Shown here piece after piece: positions 49,956-64,000 of a DNA stretch of 64,000 nt. This DNA comes from Lampris incognitus (taxonomy: Eukaryota), in contig NC_079220.1 in NCBI RefSeq assembly GCF_029633865.1, positions 16,786,216 to 16,850,215 on the forward strand, given 5' to 3'. A program made the translations under genes and the position numbers. Position 1 is the stretch's first letter, and each line of letters starts with the position of its first letter. Under the pieces are notes generated by a model that saw only the letters and a list, made by a program, of their open reading frames with translations, was not told the origin of the DNA and did no database searches.

Positions 49956-50799
49956 TTCCAAAAAAAATTTTTTTTTATACTATCCAAAGAACTCTCTTGC
50001 TGCTTTGCACTCTTTATATAAATATAACTGATGGGGTACTTCAAGCTGGACCCTACGAATGTCAAATAGTTGATCTTAGAAGTTCTGTTTCTGTGCAATA
50101 CTGACACAATTAAAAAGGAGATTTCACAATTCCTGTATTTCCAAAGTGCTCCTCCCACACGTTGTGCCTCTGAAAGCGCAATAAAGTGCTTCTGCCTGGG
50201 TCTCTGGTCTTGAAAAGTTTATGAACGTGTCAACATCAAACCCTGCCAGATTTACACATCATAAACTCACTGTCATGTTTTCCCATGTTTAAGTTAGAAG
50301 CTGACTTTGAGATTTTAAATAATGAAAAGGATGCCCATTTAAGAAATGAACCATCTTAGAAACATTTTCTCGTTAATATTCATTAATCTTTCACTGATAT
50401 ATTGCCGCAAGTGCCACGTCAGTATCACCTCAAGGCACCGAGTCAAACTTTATTCGGCGTCCATTTATACATTTTCAACACGTTCGTGATGTTTAAAACA
50501 TTGACGATGAGGTGAATGTCCGCAAAGAACTGAAGTTATTGCTGGGGCTGGTTTGGTTATTAGAGTAGGCAGGAGTGTATACAGTCACGTTATCTATCAT
50601 GTAAAGGCAGGTTCTGTTCCCTCCCATCTCTACACAAACTTGTTTCACTATTTACCATACCGTCAACCAGTAGTTATAATAGTGAAAGTAGCGTGGATAG
50701 TGTAGGATTGGAGATAGGAAGCCTGCATGCACATGGTTAAATACTACACAACATTTACATTTCGGTGATCGCCGTCAGGTTTTTAGGCTGTAGTGACAT

Positions 50800-51650
50800 C
50801 TTTGTCCACTAGATGTCATTTCTCGGTCTTTGACTCGAGTGGGTTGCGGGTCGCTGAGGTTTGGCTGTGCGGTGCGCGGGCGTGTGTGTGTGTGTGTGGC
50901 AGACAGCCGGTGTGATGTGGACCTCACGTCAAGTCAGACGGTAGATGCTACGGACTTTTACCTCTCAAACATCTGTGTAATGGAAAACGCCCTCGTTTAG
51001 TCGTCGTGTTGTGAGAGGTGAGTGGATCAAAGCGGCGTCTGTGACATTTGGGGGAACGCTTGCCGGGAAAACAATGCTGGTGGGGGGGGGGCGGGGAGAG
51101 AGCCGGGTACTGGGTCCATGGCTGGCGCATTGGGATTGTGCCCTGTCAGCAGAAACTGCCTGAGAAGGGTGCTGGAGGAGTGTGTGTGTGTGTTTGGGGG
51201 GAGGGGGGAATCTACTGCGGGTGCTGCTTCCCCCAGCACGACCCCCTCCTCCTCCATCTCTTCCACCCGCCTCTATTAGTTTGACTACTTCCCTCTCAGC
51301 ATCCTTCCAACATTCACCCCCCCCCCACCCCACCGTTCTTGCAGGGCAATACAGACAGAGAGCGAGAGAGAGAGATGAGGCAGTGAGCACAGGAGTGCAG
51401 TTTTCTAGATAAGACACCAAAAACAAAAAAAGGACCATCAGAAAACTGGTTTCTCTCTTTGAATACAAAAAGGTGTCACCAAAAACAGTGTGTGTTGCTG
51501 TCAAAACAGATGGTAGTGGCAGGACATCCTCTCCCTTGTTAGGGTTGTTCCATTCCCCCCCCCCTTTTTTTAAATGGTGGACTGTATTTCTCTGGAGGAG
51601 AAATGAATATTACCGTGCCACGTTGCTGTCATTAGGACCAGGTAAGTGCA
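50800..51650 (+). promoter_or_regulatory. CpG/GC-rich candidate promoter and 5'-UTR exon(s) of an unidentified downstream gene (tentative)
   Basis: Locally high CpG (gcggtgcgcgggcgtg..., cggtgtgatg...gtcgtcgtg), G-runs, consensus donors gag|gtgagtgg (about 51017) and accag|gtaagtgc (about 51640). No convincing ORF. Confidence 0.2.
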
Positions 51651-52984
51651 AATCTATTCTTTGATTTGTATTCGTCAGTGTTCTGTCGTTCTGGTTACGG
51701 GGGGGTCGGTGATGTGCCTGCTATAAAACATGTGCTGCCTGCCAAACCAGTGGGTGTGTCATCCTCTCTATGCCCCATCTAGGTGAGATTCGGAAACTGC
51801 ATTTATCGAGAAATCCCACCCCTTGTGTTCTCTAAGATCTTGTGTTACATGTATGTGTGAGTGTGTGTCTCTGTGAGTTCATGTGCAAAAAAAAGATGTC
51901 ATCATGTCCCATTTGTTGATAACACGCATGGTTCCGCATGTGTTAATTATGCATAAAATGTAGGCTATACTGGAGACGCGCTCATGTTACATTCATGGAG
52001 TCATAACCTATATTTCTAGACTCTGCTGCAGGAGCGGCATCCTTGCGCTGTTACCTTGCCAGTGTGTTATGGCAATGTCAGTATTATTAAACGGGATGTG
52101 GAAAGGTTCCTGCCCCCCCCCCATACATTCCTTTATCTGCATTTGCCTCTTTCTCCAACAAACACCGTGTTGATGCAGCTTTGCAAAGATCCCTGCCCTT
52201 TTCTGTGATCACCCCCATCCTGCAGACTCCTCGGTGTGCCAGCTTAGAGGTTGAATTCATGTTCGTCTTACATCAAGCAGGGCATACACGGTTACATCTG
52301 CTGTCAAGGGGCATGAAAGTGTCACTTTCTGTACTGTTGGGGAAAGTAATGGGTTTCATGCGATGGTGCAAAAGTAATGAAATATGGATGCCTGGAAAAA
52401 TCCAGTGACCACTTTTTTTTTGGTTTTGGGTTAGGCCTGTGGTTTTTTTGAAGGCAAGATTGTGATATTGTGATATTCAGCTTGTGACATTATGGTCCGC
52501 AGCATGTGCGAGAAAGATTTGTTTGACCAAAGACTCAGCAGATGGTGACGGTCAAAAATGTGACTGGCAGTACTCCAACTACATTGTGAAACTCGGGCAT
52601 CGCTACACATTTTGCTTTTGATTACAAGACTGGCAGACTGGCGTTGCCATGTGTGGCCGGCTGAAGGTTTTGACAGACTGGCACTTGTGAGACTAAAACT
52701 ATCATTAATGTACAATCTGTCAGTATTCAATTGTGCAGGTGTTCAAACGGGATCGCTACCGATAGTCACGGTGAATATAAAACCAAATATATAAATGCTG
52801 TGCAGTATCTTAGCTGTTCCTCGGACCGCACTCTTCAGGACAGAGACCTCAGATTTTGTTCCTGGAATCCGCTGGAGCCACTCTCCCAGTTTGGGGGTCA
52901 CAGCCCCTAGTGCTCCTATTACCACTGGGACTACTGTGGATTTCAGCTTTCACATCCAATCTAGTTCTTCCCTCAGCCTTTGCA

Positions 52985-53175
52985 GGGATGGGCAACATGA
53001 TCCAGAAAGGGCTGGTGTGGGTGCAGGTCTTTGTTCCAACCAAGCAGTTACACACCTGAGTCTATTAGTCAACCAATAGTCTTTGCTAAGGATCTTGTTT
53101 TGTAGACTCAAGTGTGTAACTGCTTGATTGGAACAAAGACCTGCACCCACTCCGGGCCTTTCTGGACCATGTTGC
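52985..53175. repeat. Near-perfect palindrome (about 85-bp arms)
   Basis: ggatgggcaacatgatccagaaagggctggtgtgggtgcaggtctttgttccaaccaagcagttacacac ... gtgtgtaactgcttgattggaacaaagacctgcacccac...ggaccatgttgcccatgcc. Confidence 0.6.
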
Positions 53176-53560
53176 CCATGCCAGTAGCTTCTCATGCTCT
53201 TTCTTCCTGATGTTGCCGTCGCTCAGGATCGCTACATCGATCACTACTACTGTCTTCTGTTCCTTGTCGACCACCACAATGTCTGGTTGGTTAGCCAGCA
53301 CCTGCTTGTCAGTCTGGAAGTTTTAAGTCCCACAGGATCTTAGCTCTGTCATTCTCAACCACCTTTGGCGGTGTCTCCAATTTGGACTTGGGGACTTCCA
53401 GTCTGTATTCAGTACAGATATTCCTGTACACTATCCCAGCCACTTGGTTATGCCTTTCAGTGTACACTTTCCCAGCAAGCATTTTACACCCTGCAACCAA
53501 GTGCTGGACTCTCATCTTTGCACAGCCTGCATCTTGGGTTGGGTCTCGACTGGTGTGGTT
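53086..53560 (-). mobile_element. LINE ORF2 C-terminal fragment
   Basis: ORFs 53309..53515 (…LVAGCKMLAGKVYTERHNQVAGIVYRNICTEY) and 53086..53301 (NQPDIVVVDKEQKTVVVIDVAI), typical LINE C-terminal motifs. Confidence 0.5.
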
Positions 53561-53744
53561 TAAATGTATATATATAATAGACAGCTGAAGATTGCTTATG
53601 GCATGAAACAGGCTGCTTGCACTGTCTCAGAAAGAATTTACTTAACTCACTGGATTGTTTTGCTCCTGCTTTGTTGAGCACTTTCCCTACCATTGAGTGT
53701 TTCGTTTAACAAAGTTTTATGTATATACATATATATATTATCCA

Positions 53745-54060
53745 AACCACTTATCCTGCTCAGGGTCGTGGGTATGCTAGAGCCTATCCCAGCAGTCATT
53801 GGGCAACAGGCGGGGAGACACACACATACACCTAGGGACAATTTAGTATGGCTGATTCACCTGACCTACATGTCTTTGGACGGTGGGAGGAAACTGGAGC
53901 ACCCAGAGGAAACCCACGCAGACACGGGGAGAATATGCAAACTCCACACAAAGGACAACCTGGGATGACCCCCAAGGTTGGACTACACCAGGGCTCGAAC
54001 CCAGGATCTTTTGCCGTGAGGCGACCATGCTAAACACTGCGCCACCATGCCGCCCAATTA
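53745..54060 (-). repeat. SINE family B copy
   Basis: Reverse complement of the 43378-43765 consensus (…gcgccaccatgccgccc). Confidence 0.8.
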
Positions 54061-54071
54061 ATACATAAAAA

Positions 54072-54116
<45 letters not shown>

Positions 54117-55072
54117 CACCAGTGAGTCAAGTAAAACATTTTGTGAGATAGTACAAGCCTGTTTCATGCCACATGCAATCATCAGCTGTCTGTATATATG
54201 TGTGTCAATATATATATATACGTATATATATATAGTATGTCTATGTACACCTTGAGTTTGAAATGAAAGGCTGCAGATGGACTCCAGTCAGATGCTCTTG
54301 ACTGGGCGAGCTGAGTCGATGCATGTTGGAGGAATCCCCCGTTTAGCCATGTTTTAATTTCCATAAAGAAATAGAGAGAATGATTTATAAGACTTGTGGG
54401 CCGCAGAGAGGCAGGGGGGAAACCGCAGACACACTCTGGAGCTGTAAACCGTTCTATAATCTGTTTGAAACTAGACAGAGCCGGTGGGATCCCGGCTGCA
54501 AGAAACACACCAATCTCATATATCTTCCTGCAACTATCAACTGACCCGCCTCGGATCTTGTAGTTAGCTTCTCTATGCACCCATTTTGCATTTCAGCATA
54601 TTTTAAATGAGGATTCAGCTGCAATGCACAAATCTGTCATCGAGCCTGCAGAGAGAACATGGAAAACATCAGAGACGCTTTGAATCCCTCCACTTACACA
54701 ATACAAAAAAATAAATAAATAACCAAGCAAAAAACATGCAATGTATTCACCTACTATGAATTTGTGGACGAGGAGGACAAAGGCAGACGGCAGGTTAATT
54801 GCTGTGGGAGTCAGATGTTTGGACCCTGCCGTTCCCCTCCTCTTTCATGATTAAATTAAAGACTTTCATTTATTTTTGGAAACTGAATTTACTTCCCACA
54901 TCCACGTTGGGTGGTTCCGACAGTTGGCGGTGGCAAGTCGCCGAGTCATCTTTACAAGACTGATCGCCCAACACTTTCTCCTAGTTGGTTTGTATTATTT
55001 CTGGTGAACCAAGGTTAAGCACAGGACATAAATACACATTTGTGCCCTGGACTGCCATGGTCATTTGTAGAG

Positions 55073-55075
<3 letters not shown>

Positions 55076-55137
<62 letters not shown>

Positions 55138-55138
55138 T
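55076..55138. repeat. (GT)n microsatellite
   Basis: About 31 GT repeats. Confidence 0.9.
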
Positions 55139-55837
55139 GAAATATGTGTTGTATCTGTGGTGGAGGATAAATCTGCCCACCTTCACCCTGTTATCTTTCA
55201 TATGGAGAGAAACAATGCAGCAACACACACATGAAGACGCCCAGAACACTTAACAAGTCATCATTCAGCTTGGCAGATATAATGATGATAATCACAATTA
55301 TCATTATAAATGCTTTAATGGTCGTTATTTTAACAGCATACATGCAAATATTTAGTGCACAAACAGCATATAGCAGTTGCAGTAAGGTTTCATAATGCAG
55401 TCTGAGCCTGAGCGGTGTGTGTCCATGAGGACGGGTCTGCAGAGCTGGTTGGTTATTGGTAATAGGTCACAACATTTTCCAAATGCATGATTGGTGCATC
55501 ACGGCTCTTTTGCAGACATCCTATTTAAGAGGCCATCACTCGTCCCGGGTGTCAAACCCACGGAGACATACTGTCAGATTAACACCTCTGGGCGACAATG
55601 TGGACCATAACTTAAAAGCGGAGCCATGAGGCTGTAGTGGAAAGCAAACGCACCTAAACCCCCTACCCCACCCCACTGCTGTTTTAACAGCGACATGAAT
55701 CTTTACAACACTTAGATTGTAGAACTGATGGAAGCTTTAAAGCATAAATTGACGCTTCTTAGAAAATGGTTTCTTTAGTTCAATCGCGGGTTAACTTATG
55801 ACTTAAACCACTTTTCATTATACATCTACACCCCCCC

Positions 55838-56250
55838 TTTTTTTTTTCAGTTGTATCTGGCCAATTACCCCACTCTTCCAAGCCGTCCCGGTTGCTGCTT
55901 CACCTCTGCTGATCCGGGGAGGGCTGCAGGCTACCACATGCCGCCTCCGATACATGTGGAGTCCCCAGCTGCTTCTTTTCATCTGACAGTGAGTTTCACC
56001 AGGGGGACGTAGTGTGTGGGAGGATCACCCTATTCCTCCCAGTCCCCGTCCCCCCCCAAACAGGTGCCCCGACTGACCAGAGGAGGCACTAGTGCAGCGA
56101 CCAGGACACATACCCACAACTGGCTTCCCACCCGCAGACACGGCCAATTGTGTCTGTAGGGACGCCCGACCAAGCCGGCGGTAACACGGGGATTGGAACC
56201 AGCGATCCCAGTGTTGGTAGACAACGGAACAGACCACCACACCACCCGGA
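55838..56250 (-). repeat. SINE family A copy
   Basis: Reverse-oriented body and head (…acacggggattggaaccagcgatcccagtg). Confidence 0.75.
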
Positions 56251-57171
56251 CACCTGCAGCTACATCCCTGAGTGGGGTTTTGGACCATGGCAAGACTATG
56301 TTTGTCCACGTCCACGCTGCTGGAAGTCAGTAATAGTCCCATCCAACAGGAGGCCACAATGAGGATGATCTAAGGCAGCAGGATATGGCTGGATGGGAGT
56401 GCAGCGGTGAAATTAATAACACCCCATCGGCCCATTTACATTTGTATTCCTCCTATCAGTTTTTCCACATGAGACGTTCTTTCCTCACATTGTAACAGAC
56501 AGTTAATCTGATATGAAGCCAGTATTGGTTGAACACATCCTGTCGACAGCGGTAGAAAAAATGCTGAAAATGAAGTTATACTTTAAAAAGCAGGGGTTTT
56601 CCCTATCACCTTTCACTTCAACTCAAATTTAACACACCTGATTCAGTTAAACAATGTCTCGGGGAGCAGGTTTAGTAAAACTATATGTTTTTAGTTTGGG
56701 TCAGACATGGTAGCTCTCAGGAGCAGGTTGGGGACTGACAAGGGTCAACAAGCAGAGGCAATGGTGTCCTACATCGGCATTTGATATGCTGACCTTTGGC
56801 TAACCCTGACCCTAACCCTAACCTTTACCCCGTTTCCAAAATGAATCTGATTAGATGAATGATGTGACAGCTCACAACATGTCAAATGCTGATGCTAGCA
56901 CATCCCTCCAGTATGGGGGGCACTCAGCCAAAAGCCGAGTAGAGGGGTGCAAATAATGGCCATTATAGTTTTGCTACAATATTTTCCACATTTATCCATT
57001 ATATCATGACATATAGTGTGATGGGTTAGACAGCTAAATGTGTGGCATGCCCTCTGCTATCCTCCAAAGTGAGCATTTTACACAGACGCCAAAATCAAAC
57101 GACAAGCTAATGTTTTAACCCATGTTCTGACCTTATATTCAAACCAATTGCTAATTATCATTATGATATTA

Positions 57172-57535
57172 TGGGGCGGCATGGTGGCACAGCGGTTAGC
57201 AAAGTCACCTCACAGCAAGAAGGTCCTGGGTTTGAGCCCTGCGGTAGTCCAATCTTGGGGGTCATCCCGGGTCATCCTCTGAGTGGCGTTTGCATGTTCT
57301 CCCCATGTCTGCGTGGGTTTCCTCCGGGTGCTCTGCTCTCCTCCCAGTCCAAAGACATGTAGGTCAGGTGAATCAGACATACTAAATTGTCCCTAGGTGT
57401 GAATGTGTCGACCCTGTAATGGACTGGTGGCCTACCCGGGGTGTCTCCCCGCCTGCCGCCCAGTGACTGCTGGGATAGGTGCATCCCTGAGACCCGAATT
57501 CGGATAAATGGCTTCGATAATGGATGGATGCTAAT
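57172..57535 (+). repeat. SINE family B copy
   Basis: ggggcggcatggtggcacagcggttagcaaag... Confidence 0.8.
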
Positions 57536-57926
57536 TATCATAGAGGGCAACCGGGCTGCCATGCCATCATGGATCTGCTGGCCCATCACATAGACAACAT
57601 TATTTATCCGACTACAAGCTGGGTTCAACATAATCACAGGCATGTCATAAAGATCATAGCGAGGGTTGTTTCCTTCACCGATATTTCACAGAGTCATTAT
57701 AGAATTGTTTAAAGCTACAATCCTGAAGTTTTGGTATTTTAACCTACTGACACTCATGGTGATACTGGTAACTGGATTGGTGTTTGACCACTTCAGATCT
57801 CAGATAGCCATCAGAAAATGAAACGAGTCCACAGGGCTGTTGTGTGTCAGCCCATTCCCCTCCGCAGCACAATTTTTTTTTAAAAAAATGGTTGAACCTG
57901 AGATTTAGTTATTGATGTTGTAATAT

Positions 57927-59577
<1,651 letters not shown>

Positions 59578-59799
59578 AAGTTCTTCTTTGAGCTTAGTCG
59601 TCTGCATTTGCTTGTTTGCAACATCGCTTTGTCTTTAAACTTGCTGCTAGCTGTCTTATTCCTCACATTTGACTTCTACGGTTAAGACGGAAACATGATG
59701 TGTCATATAATTTTTCTAGGGAAAGTTGTACTCAGCAGTAACCAGCAAATACAGAAGTGTAATGGTGACAAATGAAAGGAAAAACCTCAATGCTTAACC

Positions 59800-60290
59800 C
59801 CTACAGTGAGGGGGTCTGGGAGCTCTGTTATGCTGTGGGGGGCATTTTCCTGGCATGGTTTGGGTCCACTTGTTCCCTTACAGGGAAGGGTCACCGCAAA
59901 TCAATACAAAATTATTCTGAGTGATTACCTTTATCCTATGATGAAATATTTCTATCCTGATGGGAGTGGTCTCTTCCAGGATGACAACTGAATGGGTTGA
60001 TGAGGATGAAAATGATGTAAATCATATGCTATGCCCTTCACAGTCACCAGATCTCAACCCAGTTGAACACCAATGGGAGATTTTGGACCGACGTGTTAGA
60101 CAGCGCTCTCCATCAGCACCATCAAAACACCAAATGAGGGAATATCATTTGGAACAATGGTGTTCCACACCTCCAGTAGAATTCAGAGACTTGTAGAATC
60201 CATGACAAGGAGCACTGAAGCTGTTCTGGAGGCTCAGGGTGGCCCATGACACTTTATGGTGGTGTTTAATTTGTCCCCCGTCTGTATGTA
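59800..60290 (+). mobile_element. Tc1-like transposase C-terminal fragment (same family as 35195-35640)
   Basis: SVMLWGAFSWHGLGPLVPLQGRVTANQYKIILSDYLYPMMKYFYPDGSGLFQDDN...[24 protein letters not shown]; ends ttaatttgtcccccgtctgtatg. Confidence 0.65.
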
Positions 60291-61487
60291 CACTACCGTT
60301 CAAAAGTTTGGGATCACCCAAACAATTTCGTGTTTTCCATGAAAAGTCACACTTATTCACCACCATATGTTGTGAAATGAATAGAAAATAGAGTCAAGAC
60401 ATTGACAAGGTTAGAAATAATGATTTGTATTTGAAATAAGATTTTTTTTACATCAAACTTTGCTTTCGTCAAAGAATCCTCCATTTGCAGCGATTACAGC
60501 ATTGCAGACCTTTGGCATTCTAGCTGTTAATTTGTTGAGGTAATCTGGAGAAATTGCACCCCACGCTTCCAGAAGCAGCTCCCACAAGTTGGATTGGTTG
60601 GATGGGCACTTCTTTGAGCAGATTGAGTTTCTGGAGCATCACATTTGTGGGGTCAATTAAACGCTCAAAATGGCCAGAAAAAGAGAACTTTCATCTGAAA
60701 CTCGACAGTCTATTCTTGTTCTTAGAAATGAAGGCTATTCCATGCGAGAAATTGCTAAGAAATTGAAGATTTCCTACACCGGTGTGTACTACTCCCTTCA
60801 GAGGACAGCACAAACAGGCTCTAACAGGTACTATTTAATGAAGATGCCAGTTGGGGACCTGTGAGGCGTCTGTTTCTCAAACTAGAGACTCTAATGTACT
60901 TATCTTCTTGCTCAGTTGTGCAACGCGGCCTCCCACTTCTTTTTCTACTCTGGTTAGAGCCTGTTTGTGCTGTCCTCTGAAGGGAGTAGTACACACCGGT
61001 GTAGGAAATCTTCAATTTCTTAGCAATTTCTCGCATGGAATAGCCTTCATTTCTAAGAACAAGAATAGACTGTCGAGTTTCAGATGAAAGTTCTCTTTTT
61101 CTGGCCATTTTGAGCGTTTAATTGACCCCACAAATGTGATGCTCCAGAAACTCAATCTGCTCAAAGAAGTGCCCATCCAACCAATCCAACTTGTGGGAGC
61201 TGCTTCTGGAAGCGTGGGGTGCAATTTCTCCAGATTACCTCAACAAATTAACAGATAGAATGCCAAAGGTCTGCAATGCTGTAATTGCTGCAAATGGAGG
61301 ATTCTTTGACGAAAGCAAAGTTTGATGTAAAAAAAATCTTATTTCAAATACAAATCATTATTTCTAACCTTGTCAATGTCTTGACTCTATTTTCTATTCA
61401 TTTCACAACATATGGTGGTGAATAAGTGTGACTTTTCATGGAAAACACGAAATTGTTTGGGTGATCCCAAACTTTTGAACGGTAGTG
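60291..61487. mobile_element. Palindromic Tc1-derived element, copy B (opposite orientation to copy A), with TA target-site duplication
   Basis: Same structure and nearly identical sequence as 24050-25246; ORFs 60554..60766 and 61012..61224 are identical. Inserted at a TA within the (TATG)n tail of the Tc1 fragment. Confidence 0.8.
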
Positions 61488-61639
61488 TATGTATTGTATA
61501 TATTGTGGAGGATGAAAGAAAGGAGAGGAGACCACTTCCCCTTTTGACCACACAGCCGTGGGGTCGTTTATTTCCTCCAACTCAAACTAAGTCAGTAGTT
61601 CATTCTGCTAAACCTCAGCCTAGTGTCTACCCACAATAC

Positions 61640-64000
61640 TGACATGCCACACAGGCGCCCGCCCAGTCCTTTACGTCCTTCCTGAGGCCATGCCACCAAC
61701 TTCGTTGACGCCTTCATGCCTGGGTGTGAAAGGCCATGGATGACATCAAAAACCCTTCACCGCCAGCTTGTAGGCACCATGGGCCGGGGCTGACCCTTGG
61801 AGACGTCACAGAGAAGCGTGGCCCCGGCGTCATTGAACACCACATCCTTCAACTGCAGCCTGGTGTCAGCAGTCCGGTAGGCCTGCACTTCTGTGTCAGC
61901 ACCCTAGTCTGCAGCCATGGCTGCATAGTCGAGTCCCAAGTGGACAGCCCCCAACATCGCCCGGGAGAGGCAGTCGGCGACAAAGTTGTCCTTGCCGGCG
62001 ATGTACCGGAATGTCAGTGGTGAACTCGGAGATGTAAGAGAGCTGGTGCTGTTGGCGCCCAGACCACAGCTCGGTGGCTTTGGCCATGGTGAATGTCAGC
62101 AGCTTGTGGTCCACAAACACAGAACAGGTGGCCTTCCAGCAGGAACCGGAAGCAGCGGATGGCGAGAAACAGGCCAAGAAGCTCCCAGTCAAAGGTACTG
62201 TATTTCCTCTCACTGCTGCACAGCTGGCGGCTGAAAAAAGCAAGCAGCTGCCAGGCTCCGCCCACCCACTGCCCCCACGGCGTAATCTGAGGCATCCGTG
62301 GTGAGTGCTACTAGGGCAGTTGGTGATGGGTGCGCCAACAAGGCGGCGTCAGCCAGCGCAGCCTTAGCGTCCTCAAACACCTGTTCTCTCTTCCGACCAG
62401 TCCACTGGGCCCTTGGGGTCCTTACCCTTCAGAGCCTCATACAGGGGGCGCATGAGATGCGCTGCCCAGGGAATGAACCGGTTGTAAAAGTTCACCATGC
62501 CCAGGAACTCCTGCAGGGACTTCACCGTGTTCGGGCGTGGGAACCTGGCGACGGCGTCCACCTTGTCGGGGAGGGGGGTTGCTCCGTCCTTTGTAACCCG
62601 GTGCCCGAGGAAATCAATAGTTGGCAGGCCCAACTGGCACTTTGCCAGGTTGACGATGAGCCCATGCTGGCTGAGCCGGAGGTGGACCAGGTGCTCCGTT
62701 GCGGACATACTGGCCACGAGAATGTCGTCCATGTAAACAAACAGGGACGGCATATCTCGCAGCACAGAGTCCATGAGCCGCTGAAAGGTCTGTGCAGCCT
62801 CCTTGAGCCCAAACGGCATCCTCAGGAACTCGAACAGGCCGAACGGCGCGATTGCTGCCGTCTTCGTCACATCCTGTGGGCGGACCGGCATCTGGTGGTA
62901 TCCGCGCATGAGGTCCACCTTGGAGAAGATGACTGCTCCCGCCGAGTGCATGGAGAAGTCCTGGATGTGCGGGACGGAGTAGCGGTCTGGCATCATGGCG
63001 TTGTTGAGGCGGCGGTAATCACCACATGGGCGCCAGCCGGCGTTAGCCTTCATGACCATATGCAGGGGGGAGGCCCATGGACTGTCGGAGCGGCGCACGA
63101 TGCCGAGGTGCTCCATGTTGGCAAACTCCTCCTTGGCGATGGCGAGCTTGGCTGGGTCGAGGTGCCGTGCACAGGCGTAGACTGGGGGGCCCATGGTGGT
63201 GTAGTGTTCCACTCCATGCTTGGCGACTGCTGATGAGAAGATGGGCATTCTGAGGTCCGGAAACTCAGCGAGCAGACGCTGAAATTCATCCCCGGTGGCA
63301 ATCATGTTAGACATGCCGATGGGACCCGCCTCCCCCAGCGTACATGGGTAGGAGCAGAAGGAGACGGTGTCAATCAAGCGGCGGTTTTTAACGTCTACCA
63401 AGGGCCTGTCTGTGAATGTTCTCATTCATCCAGGTCATGGTTATCACTACCAACAGCCCATAAGCGTGCAGGAAATTCACACCCAGGAGGGCAATGGACA
63501 CCATCGCCATTACAAAGCCCCAGCCGAACCGCCGACCTCCAAAAAACCACCTCCACATACCTCGTGCCATAGGTGCGTACGGGGGTGCCGTTAGCAGCAT
63601 CCATAGCGGGGCCGAATCCGCCGGCCATCGCGTCCACTGGTGTCACAGGCAGGATGCTCCACTGCGCGCCCGAATCAACCAGCAACCGCCGGCCGGAGAT
63701 AGTGTCCTGAATAAATAGCAGCCTTCCTTCCCAGCCAATGCTCAGGGCTACTACTGAGCGCTGGCCCTGGCTTTTCCCGCCCTGCTGAAAGTGCACGGTG
63801 CACGGCATTGCTTGGCTTTGGTTCCAAACCTAGCATGGTAGAAGCACAGTCCTCCTGAGTCCTGCTGCCAATGAGAAACTGCTGCCATGGCGACACCCGC
63901 AGCCTCAACTGGCGGTGGTGGAAGAGCATGGGCAGGCAGCAGAGCGGCCGCAAACTGCTGTCAGCTGGCGAGAAAAATCCCGTGAGCCTCCGCGGCCAAC
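61640..64000 (-). mobile_element. Diverged, 5'- and 3'-truncated relative of the 2750-7198 gypsy-like element; continues beyond the window
   Basis: RT ORF 62373..63425 ([25 protein letters not shown]; FVYMDDILVAS) at about 75% aa identity to element 1. Protease ORF 63422..63808 ([13 protein letters not shown]). Integrase region mostly deleted. Confidence 0.8.
62373..63425 (-). pseudogene. pol (RT) remnant of the second gypsy-family copy
   Basis: 350-aa ORF, with neighbouring frame-shifted RNase H pieces (61896..62295). Confidence 0.75.

Noticed and set aside
50965-51504. Several overlapping 75-179-aa ORFs in both strands
   Set aside because: GC-rich low-complexity (G-runs, (GT)n) region with no domain signatures. 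More consistent with promoter or UTR sequence than coding

Overview
This window is vertebrate nuclear DNA, most likely from a teleost fish, and not a prokaryotic locus. The main feature is a complete major vault protein gene (mvp) on the + strand: 16 coding exons from 17058 to 47711, 2643 nt in total, about 880 codons. Its introns (about 28 kb) are packed with transposable elements: tRNA-derived SINEs of two families, L2-like LINE ORF2 fragments, Tc1-like DNA transposons, hAT fragments, a Penelope-like GIY-YIG fragment and many microsatellites. Upstream (1-12.5 kb) lies a ~180-bp satellite array. A young Ty3/gypsy-like LTR retrotransposon (minus strand) with nearly identical 211-bp LTRs and a primer-binding site has inserted into that array. 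A second, degraded gypsy element follows it. Downstream of mvp there is an apparently autonomous Tc1-like transposon with an uninterrupted 347-aa transposase. A 1.2-kb palindromic Tc1 derivative occurs twice, with TA target-site duplications, at 24050-25246 and 60291-61487. A diverged, truncated relative of the gypsy element runs off the window end. I see no operon-like or defence-island architecture. The interesting material is the structure of mvp and the transposable-element biology, some of which looks recent. All coordinates are hand-derived and may be off by 1-3 nt.
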